This document shows, in pieces, positions 8,407 to 18,197 of a DNA stretch of 64,000 nucleotides. Source of the DNA: an uncultured virus (IMG/VR IMGVR_UViG_3300046689_000650) (taxonomy: Duplodnaviria; Heunggongvirae; Uroviricota; Caudoviricetes); the IMG/VR virus record IMGVR_UViG_3300046689_000650. One strand, 5' to 3'. Every line of letters starts with the position of its first letter. Within the stretch, counting starts at the first letter, position 1. Made by a program: the position numbers and the translations under genes. Under the pieces are notes generated by a model, which was not told where the DNA came from, did not search any database, and saw only the letters and a program-made list of their open reading frames with translations.

Positions 8407-9576
8407 TCAGGTCCAAGTGCCCGGCGTGCCGGCCGTGGTGCAGAGGTGCCAGGCGCCGGCCGAGTCGAGGACGACGTCCCCGGCCGCCCACGTCCCGGTC
8501 GTCGGGGCGCCGGACGTGGCCTTGAACCCGGCCAGGCGTACCCCTGCGAGTCCGTTCTTCGACCCTGCGGCGACGACCCCGGAGAGGGCGACGGTCGGTG
8601 TCGTCGGGTGTGGCGTGACGTGCATGGCGTGCACGCCGTTCGCAGTGTCCGTGACGAACAGATCGTTCGTGCCGTCGTTGAGCATCTGCACGGCCCAGCG
8701 TTCAACGGTCCCGGTAGTCAGCGCGACGCCGCCGAAGTTGGAGGCTGTCCCGCGGTTGAGGACGATGATGGCGGTGCCGCTGGACGTGACCGTGAGCCCG
8801 CCCTCGGAGATGTCGACCGGGGCCGTGAAATGCCCGCCGTTGAGGTAGGCCGTGCCCTGCTCGATCGCGGCGACCCGGTTGAGGCAGTCGCTGACGAACG
8901 TGTCGAGGTTGCCGACCGAGGTGGACAGAGAGCTGACGGTGCCGATGGTGGCGAACTGCCCGGTGGCGTAGGCGCGGTCGCCGTGTGGGTCCGCAGCGCC
9001 GGAGTGCACGGACACCTTCGATGCGGCGCCCGTCGCGGTCTCCAGCAGTGCCGTGTCGGCGATGCCGTGGACGCTGGTCGTCAAGGCGGCGTGCGCAGCT
9101 GTGGTCCCGGCCGGCTCGCCGCCGACGTCAGCGGCGCCGATGACGACGATGCCCGACTCCCCGTTGACGGAGATGACGGCTGGTGTCGAGACGGTGCCGG
9201 TGGTCGAGTCGACCGGCGACAGGGACGGCAGGGCGACGGTCGGCGCCGAGGCGGGGAGGTTGATGCTGTAGGCGCGGCCGGGTGCGTCGGTGAACTCCTC
9301 GTCGACCCGGTACGTCCAGCCGCTGGGGCTGAAGCCCTCGGCGTCGACGGCGAGGAGGCTGGCGGTGAAGTCTCCGCTCGCGCCCAGCGTAGCGTTGACG
9401 GTGCCCAGGGCGATGACCCCGTGTTCCGCGGACACGACGCGGGTCACGGACGGCGTGAACCGGATCGTGCCGGAGCGGGCGGCGCCGTCGAGGGTGCGGT
9501 AGCCGGACGCTCCGGCGGTCACGGTGACGGTCTGGACGCCGGGAGGGAACGACACGTCAGACTCCAGTTCGGTCAA
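8407..9576 (-). CDS. Putative tail fibre or other virion protein
   Basis: T/G/A/S-rich; ISVNG motif; C-terminal GAPTTGTWAAGD..C..GTPGTW. Confidence 0.6.
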   Translation of the reverse strand: MTELESDVSFPPGVQTVTVTAGASGYRTLDGAARSGTIRFTPSVTRVVSAEHGVIALGTVNATLGASGDFTASLLAVDAEGFSPSGWTYRVDEEFTDAPGRAYSINLPASAPTVALPSLSPVDSTTGTVSTPAVISVNGESGIVVIGAADVGGEPAGTTAAHAALTTSVHGIADTALLETATGAASKVSVHSGAADPHGDRAYATGQFATIGTVSSLSTSVGNLDTFVSDCLNRVAAIEQGTAYLNGGHFTAPVDISEGGLTVTSSGTAIIVLNRGTASNFGGVALTTGTVERWAVQMLNDGTNDLFVTDTANGVHAMHVTPHPTTPTVALSGVVAAGSKNGLAGVRLAGFKATSGAPTTGTWAAGDVVLDSAGAWHLCTTAGTPGTWT

Positions 9577-9926
9577 AGCTCGACATGGTCGAGATAGGGG
9601 CGCGCCCGGTCGGGGATGGGGCGCGGCGAGGGGGGCTTCAGTCCGCCGTTGCGGATCGTGCTGACGAGGCTGCGGCGGTCGACGACGAGCCAGGAGATCG
9701 CCGCGCCCTGACCGGTGATCTGTTCCTGCTGGCCGGCGAGGTCTGACTTCTGTTGAGCCAGGTCCGTCTTCATCCCGTCGATCCGCTCGTTGAGCGCCTT
9801 CTTGATCTCCGTGAAATCATCGCGGTTTTCCTGGCGCTTGGTCCTGCGCGCCGACCGGGCACCCCAGGCTGCGAACCCTCCCGTGACGGCGGTGGCCGCC
9901 ACCGTGATGAAGTTGTCAGGACTCAT
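9573..9926 (-). CDS. N-terminal TM plus coiled-coil protein (lysis accessory)
   Basis: Hydrophobic N-terminus, coiled coil, located in the lysis cassette. Confidence 0.6.
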   Translation of the reverse strand: MSPDNFITVAATAVTGGFAAWGARSARRTKRQENRDDFTEIKKALNERIDGMKTDLAQQKSDLAGQQEQITGQGAAISWLVVDRRSLVSTIRNGGLKPPSPRPIPDRARPYLDHVEL

Positions 9927-10353
9927 AGGGAGGCTCCGCTCTCTTCGGCCGCGGAGGTTCCCGCCAGCCAGCCACAACAAAGATCCCTATGGCGAGCGCG
10001 CCGTACAGAGCAGCTGCAATCCACCCCCTAGGGAAGACGCCGAGCGGCCACCACGCAAGCAGGTAGGCGAAGCACCACGGCATCACGATCAGCGGCAGGG
10101 CGAGGAAGCCGGGCCAGTCCCAGCCCTGCCGCAGCCACGCCGACACGATCGCCACCAGGCCAGCAGCGAGCCAGCACCAGCCCCACACCTGCAGCGGCAG
10201 CACGTCAGTCAGCAGCTTCAGCCCGCGTTGGTCGGGCGGCGGGGCAGTGATCTGCCCGTAGCCGATCAGGGCCCACACCGTGCCGAAGCAGAGAAGGAAC
10301 GCGCCGCGGCGGCCCAGCACGCGCATTAGCCGCCGGGCCGCGCGGCACCGCAC
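9916..10353 (-). CDS. Four-TM membrane protein (lysis accessory, holin-like)
   Basis: Four Trp-rich hydrophobic segments. Confidence 0.65.
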   Translation of the reverse strand: MRCRAARRLMRVLGRRGAFLLCFGTVWALIGYGQITAPPPDQRGLKLLTDVLPLQVWGWCWLAAGLVAIVSAWLRQGWDWPGFLALPLIVMPWCFAYLLAWWPLGVFPRGWIAAALYGALAIGIFVVAGWREPPRPKRAEPPYES

Positions 10354-10662
10354 TCAGGCCGCCTTGACGAAGCTGTCCTGCGCCCGGCCCGCGACGCCGA
10401 CAGGCTTCCAGAACCCGAAGTGGCTGAGGACGCCGGTGGCAAAGGCGATGAGCGACAGGACGGCTGCCGTGCCGACGCTGTACCCGGCGTCGTGCGGGCC
10501 AGCGTACTCGGTGACGAACCCGGTGGCGGTGGAGAGCGCCAGGAGCAGCACCGACTTGACTCCGGCCGACGTGACTCTGGTGGTGACCAGGCCGACAAGG
10601 ACGGGCAGGACGACGGAGACGAGCAAGCCGAGCCAGTAGGCCTGGCCGAGGTGAACGTTCAT
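10354..10662 (-). CDS. Holin-like protein
   Basis: Three TM segments, directly after the endolysin. Confidence 0.7.
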   Translation of the reverse strand: MNVHLGQAYWLGLLVSVVLPVLVGLVTTRVTSAGVKSVLLLALSTATGFVTEYAGPHDAGYSVGTAAVLSLIAFATGVLSHFGFWKPVGVAGRAQDSFVKAA

Positions 10663-10690
10663 GGCGGGTTCCTTCGGATTGGGTTCGGGG

Positions 10691-11554
10691 TCAGACGTTG
10701 GGGACGTGGAGCTTGGACCAGCTGGACGGGCCCGGGATGCCGTCCGCGGCCGTGCCGGTGTAGCCGAGCTTCCGCTGCCAGGCCGCGTAGCTCCGCTCGT
10801 CGCCAGAGCCCCAGACGTCGGCGTTGGCCGCGGATGCGTAGTGGTTGCAGCCGACGGCCACGAGCCGCTTGTGCATGGCTGCGACGATCGGGGACCGGCG
10901 TCCGGTCTTGAAGAACGATGCCCCAGGGAAAGGCTCGTCGACGGGCTTCTGCACGGGCTTCGGTGGGGCGATGAATGCAGGCCAGGAGCCGGGGTCGACG
11001 TGCGTGTTCTCCGGGGTTTCGCCGTGGCCGTACCAGCCGCCTTCGGTTTCCCAGACGTGCTCGTTGCGGTGCGGGGAGAAGTCGGTGGGCCGGCCCATGG
11101 GCCATGCTTGCGGGACGCCCCAGGAGGTCACCCAGTCCTGTAGCTGCTGCCAGCCCTTGCAGGGGGTGCCGTCGAGCCGTGCATAGACCTTGCCGTCCGG
11201 GGCCTTGCAGTACGGAAAGAACAGGGCCTCGATCTGGATTACGACCTTGCCCGCGCGGTTCGTTCTGGTCCCGCCGGCGAGGTCGACGACGCTCTTGGAC
11301 CGGGAGTCGGCCGGGTAGAACTGGGCGAACTCCCCTGTGAACGGCGACCACAGGATGTGCGGGGCCACGCCCACGCCGCTGCCGGTGAAGTACGCCTTGA
11401 GGTTGGCGAACGGCACCAGGTCGACGGGCTTGGCTGCGGTGGCGTTCTTGTCCCAGGTGATGTGGGCGATGGCTTTCGCCGGGTACTGCGTGTCGCACGG
11501 CGCGTGGCCGCCGACGTCCGCCCGAGCCGCGCCCGGCATCCAAAGGTCTGGCAT
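10691..11554 (-). CDS. Endolysin (amidase-like domain plus C-terminal peptidoglycan-binding domain)
   Basis: HITW, PHILW, IQIE, GH..PEN.H.DPG; WQRKLG...ADGIPGPSSW PG-binding repeat. Confidence 0.85.
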   Translation of the reverse strand: MPDLWMPGAARADVGGHAPCDTQYPAKAIAHITWDKNATAAKPVDLVPFANLKAYFTGSGVGVAPHILWSPFTGEFAQFYPADSRSKSVVDLAGGTRTNRAGKVVIQIEALFFPYCKAPDGKVYARLDGTPCKGWQQLQDWVTSWGVPQAWPMGRPTDFSPHRNEHVWETEGGWYGHGETPENTHVDPGSWPAFIAPPKPVQKPVDEPFPGASFFKTGRRSPIVAAMHKRLVAVGCNHYASAANADVWGSGDERSYAAWQRKLGYTGTAADGIPGPSSWSKLHVPNV

Positions 11555-11556
11555 GG

Positions 11557-12459
11557 TCAGGCTCCCGTCACGTGGTTGTCGTGCGCCCACGACCGCATCA
11601 GATCCGCGACCTGAACCAGTCGAGGATCCGTAGCAGGAGTGGGCGACGGAGGAGGGGTCGGCGCCGGGCCGGGCTGCGGTATCGGGTTCGGTCCGCCGGT
11701 GAGGGCCGCGAACTGCTGGCCGAGCGCGTAGAACGACGGGGCGCCGGTGAAGTACACGCCGGCCTTCTTCATGCCGTCGGCGTCGAGGACGACCCAGGCT
11801 TCGTCGACGTACTTCTTCCAGAACGCCCACGTCATCCGCGTCTCGGCGCCCCAGGTGACGACGCCGACGCCGTCCTTGTCGTAGGCGCCGGCGAGGACGC
11901 AGTGGCCGCCTTCGACGGTGGCGCCGCGGACGACGTCCCAGGGCTGGCCTGCGTTGAACTGGTCCATGGCGCTGCCGGGGAAGTTCAGGCCGATGCTGAT
12001 GGATCCGAACAGGGCGATGGCCTGGCGGACCTCGTTCAGGTTGGCGACGTCGAGCGCCGCATACGCGACGATCTTGTGTCCGGCGATCCCGGTCTTCCGC
12101 CAGTAGGCCATGGCGTCCTGGATGTAGGTGCCTTGGTCGGTGGGGTTGTTGCCGGGCGGGCCCGCGTTGGGGTCGAAGCCGGTGACGGCCGAGTAGCCGG
12201 TGAGGATGTCCCGCTCGGTGGGCTCGACCTCAACGCCGGTTGCGTAGAAGGTCAACTGGTTGATGGCGTGGCCGGTCTCGGCCCACACGCAGTCGCCCCA
12301 CGAGTCGTTGCCGTACATGGGCCAGGCGATGGTGTCGGCCTGCCAGTCGGCGGTCGCGGGCGGGTTGGCGAGCCGGTCGCGCAGGACCGCGGAGAGTTTC
12401 AGGTGCGGGCGCGCTGGCTGCGCGGGGAGCTTGCCGAGCGGTCTGTGTGGTGCGGCCAT
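11557..12459 (-). CDS. Papain-like cysteine peptidase
   Basis: GNDSWGDCVWA (Cys), GGHCV (His), TWG. Confidence 0.65.
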   Translation of the reverse strand: MAAPHRPLGKLPAQPARPHLKLSAVLRDRLANPPATADWQADTIAWPMYGNDSWGDCVWAETGHAINQLTFYATGVEVEPTERDILTGYSAVTGFDPNAGPPGNNPTDQGTYIQDAMAYWRKTGIAGHKIVAYAALDVANLNEVRQAIALFGSISIGLNFPGSAMDQFNAGQPWDVVRGATVEGGHCVLAGAYDKDGVGVVTWGAETRMTWAFWKKYVDEAWVVLDADGMKKAGVYFTGAPSFYALGQQFAALTGGPNPIPQPGPAPTPPPSPTPATDPRLVQVADLMRSWAHDNHVTGA

Positions 12460-12486
12460 GCGGGTTCCCCTCACGACGGGCCTATA

Positions 12487-12528
12487 CCTTCGAATCGTAG
12501 CCCTAGACCCGCTATTCACCTACGAATC
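12487..12528. promoter_or_regulatory. Two copies of the phage motif CCTWCGAATC
   Basis: At 12487-12496 and 12519-12528; the motif recurs upstream of the portal and terminase small subunit genes. Confidence 0.55.
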
Positions 12529-12653
12529 AGAGGTATCGTGTGTGTGGGTTCTTTGCTCAGAGGGCCTGCGGCAGGGGTGTGTCCGTGCGGGTCGCACCCC
12601 TGCCGCGCCAAAACCCGCACCCACCCGCACCCACCCGCACAGGAGCAGCACCC

Positions 12654-13115
12654 ATGGCCCGTTTGCAGATCCTGGAACTCCCGACCGAGCGCCACGGCGG
12701 CAACATGGTCACGCCGTTCGTCCTCGTCATCGACCAGGTCCAGAACCCGGAAAGCATGCTGGAATTCCTGCGCGATCCACCGCACTTGAGGGACGAGCTC
12801 GGGGCTCGAACCATCCTCGTCTTCGATGAGGAAGTTGAGATCCCAGCCAACAACGTGCGAGCGATCCCCGTCGCGCCCGCCAGCGCAGCCGCCACGGGAC
12901 GGTGCTGCGGCGAGCACAACGGGCCCTGCTTCCCCCAACCCGATGCGAAGTGCGTCGCGCACGGCAGCACCGAATGCCTGCACTGCCACCGCAACCCCGC
13001 CGACTGCGCGAACGACGGCAACTGCAGCACCTGGAGCAGGACCGGGATGCACTGGGACTCCTGCGCGAACCGCGTGCGGGGCCCGCTGGCCTCCGAATCG
13101 GCGGTGAAACCGTGA
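12654..13115 (+). CDS. Hypothetical protein with Cys-rich C-terminus; first gene of the + strand operon
   Basis: AGGAG RBS; MARLQILELP...TPFVLVIDQ. Confidence 0.65.
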   Translation: MARLQILELPTERHGGNMVTPFVLVIDQVQNPESMLEFLRDPPHLRDELGARTILVFDEEVEIPANNVRAIPVAPASAAATGRCCGEHNGPCFPQPDAKCVAHGSTECLHCHRNPADCANDGNCSTWSRTGMHWDSCANRVRGPLASESAVKP

Positions 13116-13222
13116 CCGTCATCTGTCAGGCGTTGGGCTGCCTGTTCGCGTTCGTCATGCTCGCGCCCCACGCCCCGGTCCACGCCTACGACTACCCGGT
13201 TGCCACATGGAGTTCGCGATGA
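13112..13222 (+). CDS. Short hydrophobic peptide
   Basis: GTGA and ATGA overlaps on both sides. Confidence 0.35.
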   Translation: MTVICQALGCLFAFVMLAPHAPVHAYDYPVATWSSR

Positions 13223-13611
13223 GCGACGAGTCCTCCAAGCGCTGCCCCCGATGTGACTGCCCTGACGGCGCGGAGCAGTGCGAGCACTGCAAGGCCTGCC
13301 CCCACGCCAGGACTCAGCCAACGCCCGCTGGGCCGAAGCACCTCACTTACGAGGAACTCTTCCCCATCGTCGCAGCGCTCCACCGCCGCGAGACCTACGC
13401 CCGTCACGGAGCCGGCTTCCTGTTGCCGTCGTTCCCGGACTGTCCCGCGTGCGGCCAACAGCCCGCCGAGCTCGCCACCAGGAGCGACAGCCCCGATCTG
13501 TTCGTCCGTGACCGGATCGCCCTTCGCTTCCGGCCCTGCGGTCACACCTTCACTGCTGACGGTGAAGACCTCTACCGCGCCCACGACCAAGCCAGCAGGG
13601 AGCAGTCGTGA
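13219..13611 (+). CDS. Cys-rich (Zn-binding) hypothetical protein
   Basis: CPRCDC..CEHCKAC, CPAC, PCGH. Confidence 0.6.
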   Translation: MSDESSKRCPRCDCPDGAEQCEHCKACPHARTQPTPAGPKHLTYEELFPIVAALHRRETYARHGAGFLLPSFPDCPACGQQPAELATRSDSPDLFVRDRIALRFRPCGHTFTADGEDLYRAHDQASREQS

Positions 13612-13760
13612 ACACCGCCATCGCCATCACGGCGATCATCGCCGCGCTGCTCCTCGCCAACTCGATCGTGACGGCCATCCGCGACGTAGCCACCGCCAAG
13701 CACCAGGCCGCCGCATGCAAGAACTGCACGCGTGACAACAGCAAGGAGACAGAGGCATGA
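13608..13760 (+). CDS. 50-aa single-TM protein
   Basis: MNTAIAITAIIAALLLANS; coupled to both neighbours. Confidence 0.5.
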   Translation: MNTAIAITAIIAALLLANSIVTAIRDVATAKHQAAACKNCTRDNSKETEA

Positions 13761-14710
13761 AGGTTCTGGTCACGGGAGGATCCGGCTTCATCGCCTCGTG
13801 GATCCGCAAGGAGCTGATCGCGCGCGGCCACACGGTCCTGGTCATGGACCACCAGGACCGCCGCCAGCAACTGGCGCCCGGTGAGGAGTTCTTCCTCGGC
13901 GACGTCCGCGACGCCACGGCGGTAACGGAGGCTGCCGCGCACTGCGAGGGGATCATCCACCTCGCGGCCGTCCTCGGCACCCAGGAGACCATCAGCAACC
14001 CGCGCCCGTCCGCCGCGACGAACATCCTCGGCAGCCTCAACGTGTTCGAGGCCGCGACGCAGTACAGGCTCCCGGTCGTCTACGCCGGGGTCGGCAATCA
14101 CGCCTTCAGGCTGATCGGCACCGGCTGCTACACGATCACCAAGTCGGCGGCTGAGGATCTGGCCCGCATGTACAACCTCTACCGGGACGGCGGCCGGGTC
14201 ACCATCGTCCGCCCCGTCAACGCCTATGGTCCCGGGCAGTCGATCGCCGCCCCCTACGGCACCAGCAAGGTTCGGAAGATCATGCCCTCGCTGAGCTGCC
14301 GCGCCCTCACCGGCGCCCCCATCGAGGTGTACGGCGACGGCACCCAGATCTCCGACTGCGTGTACGTCGCCGACGTCGCCCGAGCCTTCGTCACCGCCCT
14401 GGAGCACACCGCGCAGCACGGGCCCACCGAACGCCCCGTCGAGGTCGGACCGTTGGCATCCCTCACCGTCAACGACATCGCCCGCCTCGTCGCCGAAGAA
14501 GCCACCCACTACACCGGCCGCGAGCCCGTCGCCATCAAGCACCTCCCCATGCGGCCCGGCGAGATCCCCAACGCCGTCGTCACCTCCGACACGTCCACGC
14601 TCCAGCAGATCGGCATGACCGCCGCCGACTTCGTGCCCCTCGACGAAGGCATCCACCACACCGTCCGCTACTACGCCGAGCAGTGGCTCCCCGGCTACCT
14701 GGCAGCCTGA
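13757..14710 (+). CDS. NAD-dependent epimerase/dehydratase
   Basis: VLVTGGSGFIA, HLAA, YTITK (YxxxK), NAYGPG, GDGTQ. Confidence 0.92.
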   Translation: MKVLVTGGSGFIASWIRKELIARGHTVLVMDHQDRRQQLAPGEEFFLGDVRDATAVTEAAAHCEGIIHLAAVLGTQETISNPRPSAATNILGSLNVFEAATQYRLPVVYAGVGNHAFRLIGTGCYTITKSAAEDLARMYNLYRDGGRVTIVRPVNAYGPGQSIAAPYGTSKVRKIMPSLSCRALTGAPIEVYGDGTQISDCVYVADVARAFVTALEHTAQHGPTERPVEVGPLASLTVNDIARLVAEEATHYTGREPVAIKHLPMRPGEIPNAVVTSDTSTLQQIGMTAADFVPLDEGIHHTVRYYAEQWLPGYLAA

Positions 14711-14711
14711 C

Positions 14712-15722
14712 GTGCGCATCCACTTCTGGTCGGCTGACGAGGCAGGCTCCGCCCTGTACAGGGCGGTCCTGCCCGGCATGAGCCTGCAATGGCTCGGGCA
14801 CGCCGTGTCCGCCGGGATGCGACTCCCCCACGACTGGGTCACCGTCGACACCGTCGTCGGCTGCCGCGTCGCCAAGCCGGAGCCGACCATGATGTGGCAG
14901 CGGCTGAAGGAGATCGGGAAGCGGCTCGTCCTCGACGTCGACGACGACTACTTCCACCTCGACCCCGCCAACCCGGCCGCCATCCGCACCTGGGACCGGC
15001 CGATGCTGCAACGGCTGGCCGACAACATGCAGCTAGCCGACGTCGTGACCTGCTGCTCCGAACGGTTGGCCACCGTGCTGCGGGACTACGCGGCCGACGT
15101 CCGGGTCGTCCCCAACGGGCTGCCGGCGCAGTACCTGGGACTGCCCCGCGACTACCAGGCCGAGGACCGGCCGCTGTCCGTGGGCTGGGCTGGCACGTCG
15201 TCCACCGTGGCCGAGCTGCCTGAGGCGGTCCGGGCGCTGACCAGGATCTCCCGCTACCCGCGGCCGGGCGGTGTGCGGGTGCCGCTCGTTGGCATCTCGG
15301 CGGAGCACGCGGCCAGCCTCGGGTTGAAGGGCCGCGGGATCGGCTCGTGGGGTTGGGTGGAGCGGCACGAGCACTACATGCAGGCGGTCGGCGAGTGGGA
15401 TGTCTGGGTGGCGCCGTACCGGGACATCCCGTTCAACCGGGCGAAGTACCCGACGAAATTCCTGGAGTCGAGCATCCTCGGCATTCCGTTGATCGCGTCG
15501 GACATCGAGCCGTACCGCCGGGTGATCCGGCACGGGGAGAACGGGTTCCTCGTCCGCTACGAGCACGAGTGGGGCCGCTACCTGAAGCTGCTCGCGGACG
15601 ATCCTGACCTGCGGCAGCGGATCGGGATGACGGCCCGCGCGGAAGCGTCCGGGTCGATCCTTCAGGCGACCAACGTGCACTGGCAGGCCGCACTCACCGC
15701 ACCCGTGGCGGTGGCGGCGTGA
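14712..15722 (+). CDS. Glycosyltransferase, GT-B fold (GT4-like)
   Basis: DVDDDYF, VVPNG, VGWAG, FNRAKYPTKFLE, ASD..PY...HGENGFL. Confidence 0.85.
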   Translation: MRIHFWSADEAGSALYRAVLPGMSLQWLGHAVSAGMRLPHDWVTVDTVVGCRVAKPEPTMMWQRLKEIGKRLVLDVDDDYFHLDPANPAAIRTWDRPMLQRLADNMQLADVVTCCSERLATVLRDYAADVRVVPNGLPAQYLGLPRDYQAEDRPLSVGWAGTSSTVAELPEAVRALTRISRYPRPGGVRVPLVGISAEHAASLGLKGRGIGSWGWVERHEHYMQAVGEWDVWVAPYRDIPFNRAKYPTKFLESSILGIPLIASDIEPYRRVIRHGENGFLVRYEHEWGRYLKLLADDPDLRQRIGMTARAEASGSILQATNVHWQAALTAPVAVAA

Positions 15723-16582
15723 AGGTTCTCGTCACCGGTGCCACCGGGTTCATCGGTAGCCACCTCGTCCAGGAGCTCGCCGCGTGCGGCCACCACGTCG
15801 TCGGCGTCGACAAGAGGACTGGATGGCCGGCCGCCGACCTGCCCGCTCTCCAGTGCGCGATCGAGGCCGCCGGCCCCGACGTCATCGTCCACCTCGGCGC
15901 GTCCTGCTCCACCCAGGTCAGCCTCGCCGACCCCGCCCGCGACTTCACCGACAACGCGATCGGCACGTTCAACGTGGCCGAAGCCGCCCGGCGCGCAGGT
16001 GGCGTGCCCGTTCTTTTCACGTCCAGCGTGAAGGTGTACCCCGGCCCGGACGGGCTCATCGCCCCACTCGGTCAGTCGAAGCTAGTAGGCGAGCAGTACC
16101 TGCGCCTCTACGGGGACCTGTACGGCCTGCCGCACGTCATCCTCCGCCCGTCCACCGTGTACGGGCCTGGGCAGGACGGCTCGCCAGAGGCGGGCTGGGT
16201 GACCTGGTTCCTGCGCGCCTTCTGGGGGCGGAAGCAGATCACCGTCCACGGTGACGGCACCCAGTCGCGGGACATCCTGCACATCGAGGACTTCACCGAA
16301 CTCCTCGTCGACATCGTCGAAAACTTCGACGCCTACCAAGGCCGCACCTACGAGGTCGGCGGCGGCCCCGACAACGAGATCAGCCTCCTCCAGCTCCTTC
16401 ACGCACTCGAAGTCTCCACTGGCGTCCGCCCCGACGTCATCCACGACGAGCGGCTCCCCGGCGACTTGCAGCGTGTCGTCAGCGACAACGCCGCCATCAG
16501 CGGCGTGCGCGGGTGGAAGCCCACCGTGTCCTGGGTCGATGGCGTCCGGTCCACCCTCGACTGGATCGGGGAGCAGTGGTGA
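15719..16582 (+). CDS. NAD-dependent epimerase/dehydratase lacking the canonical catalytic Tyr
   Basis: VLVTGATGFIG, TSS, LGQSK in place of YxxSK, VYGPG, GDGTQSRD. Confidence 0.88.
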   Translation: MKVLVTGATGFIGSHLVQELAACGHHVVGVDKRTGWPAADLPALQCAIEAAGPDVIVHLGASCSTQVSLADPARDFTDNAIGTFNVAEAARRAGGVPVLFTSSVKVYPGPDGLIAPLGQSKLVGEQYLRLYGDLYGLPHVILRPSTVYGPGQDGSPEAGWVTWFLRAFWGRKQITVHGDGTQSRDILHIEDFTELLVDIVENFDAYQGRTYEVGGGPDNEISLLQLLHALEVSTGVRPDVIHDERLPGDLQRVVSDNAAISGVRGWKPTVSWVDGVRSTLDWIGEQW

Positions 16583-17337
16583 AGGTCGGCGTCGCCATCC
16601 CCGCCCACAATGCCCTGCCGTGGCTGGCCACGATGCTCGGCAGCATCCGGCGCCAGACCCACCCGGCGCACACGTACATCGCTGAGGACCGAGGCGACGA
16701 CGGCACCTACGACTGGCTGAAGCAGAACCCCGACTGCTGGTCCGGGTTGAGCCGCAACCGGCGCCGCCTTGGCTGGGCCGGCAGTCTCAACGCCGCAGCA
16801 CGCCTTGCGCTGGACGATGGCTGCGACGCGATCTTCACCGCGTCCGCCGACGACAAGCTGCACCCTGAGTGCATCGCGCGCTGCGTGGCTGCGCTCGATG
16901 GGGAGGGCGGCCGGGACTTCATCGTCCCCTACGCGCAGCAGTTCGGCGAGGCGGACACCGTGCAGGCCTCGTTGCCGGATGCCGGTCTGGACGATCTCGT
17001 GCGGTGGCCGCCGCTCATCGACAAGGCCCTGCTCCGGCGGCCGACGTGGGAGCGAGTGGGCGGCTACTCGGCGAAGGCCACCCCGCCGGGAACGTATGGG
17101 ACGGCGGAGGACTGGGATTTCTGGATCCGGGTCTGGAAGGCCGGGCTGACCCGGTACGCGGTGATCGAGCAGCCGTTGTACTTCGTTCGCGTCCACCCGG
17201 GGCAGCTGTCCGACAGCCGCGCCGAGCATCACGCGGCGACCGTTGACCTGCTCCGCAATCTGCACCCTGACCTGCCATGGACCGCCGACTCCAGCATCTG
17301 GCCCCCGAGGCACCGCACCGCAAGGAGAACCGCATGA
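16579..17337 (+). CDS. Glycosyltransferase family 2
   Basis: VAIPAHN, DDGT, ADD, VGGY, EDWDFW. Confidence 0.9.
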   Translation: MKVGVAIPAHNALPWLATMLGSIRRQTHPAHTYIAEDRGDDGTYDWLKQNPDCWSGLSRNRRRLGWAGSLNAAARLALDDGCDAIFTASADDKLHPECIARCVAALDGEGGRDFIVPYAQQFGEADTVQASLPDAGLDDLVRWPPLIDKALLRRPTWERVGGYSAKATPPGTYGTAEDWDFWIRVWKAGLTRYAVIEQPLYFVRVHPGQLSDSRAEHHAATVDLLRNLHPDLPWTADSSIWPPRHRTARRTA

Positions 17338-18197
17338 TCGACGGCAAGCGCGTGATCGCTTGGACACCCTACGGGCGCCGCCGCACCTACAGCATCTTGA
17401 TCAAGTACCTGGAGCGGGACGTCAACCGTGGTCTCGTCGACGAGGTGTGGGCGTTCATGAACACCGACCCCGTCGGGCAGGAAGACGACATCGCCTACGC
17501 CCATGAGCTAGCCGAGCAGTTCCCGTGGTTCCACCTCAAGCACCGGCCCGAGGGCGTCGATCTCGGCAACCTCCCCAAGCAGCGGTATACGGGCTTGGCG
17601 TACCGGTACATGACCGACCCCGACACCGTCTATCTGCGGCTAGATGATGATGTCGTCTACCTGCACGAAGATGCGATCGAGAACCTGGTCCGCGCCCGGA
17701 TCGAGATGCCCGCGCCGGTCGCCGTGTTCCCGATCATCATCAACAACGCGATCTGCTCCCACTTCCTCCAGCTGTGCGGGAAGATCCCCATGGAGTGGGG
17801 CGCGGTCGCCCCGTACTGCATGGACCCGACCGGCTGGGCCAACGGGCCCTTCGCCGTCAAGCTGCACGAGCTGCTTCTCGACCACATCGAACGCGGTGCC
17901 GTCCGGGATCTGTTCCTCTATCAGGACTTCCCCATTCAGCCCGGCACGCAGTTCTCGGTCAGCTGCTTCGCCAGTCGCGGCGAGGACTACGCCGCGCTCC
18001 CCCAGCCCGGCGTCCTCGTCCCCGATGAGGAGGAGTCCTGGCACACCATTCACCAGCCGGTCGCCAAGGGCGTGCCGAACATCCTCCGCGGTGATGCCAT
18101 CGTCAGCCACTGGTCGTTCTTCCCCCAGCACCCGTTCCTCAACAACACCGATCTCCTCGACCGGTACCGCGAACTCGCAGACAAGGTGGTGGCGTGA
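17334..18197 (+). CDS. Putative GT-A fold glycosyltransferase
   Basis: TP.GRR N-terminus, YLRLDDDVVY (DxD), C-terminal SH; operon context. Confidence 0.65.
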   Translation: MIDGKRVIAWTPYGRRRTYSILIKYLERDVNRGLVDEVWAFMNTDPVGQEDDIAYAHELAEQFPWFHLKHRPEGVDLGNLPKQRYTGLAYRYMTDPDTVYLRLDDDVVYLHEDAIENLVRARIEMPAPVAVFPIIINNAICSHFLQLCGKIPMEWGAVAPYCMDPTGWANGPFAVKLHELLLDHIERGAVRDLFLYQDFPIQPGTQFSVSCFASRGEDYAALPQPGVLVPDEEESWHTIHQPVAKGVPNILRGDAIVSHWSFFPQHPFLNNTDLLDRYRELADKVVA

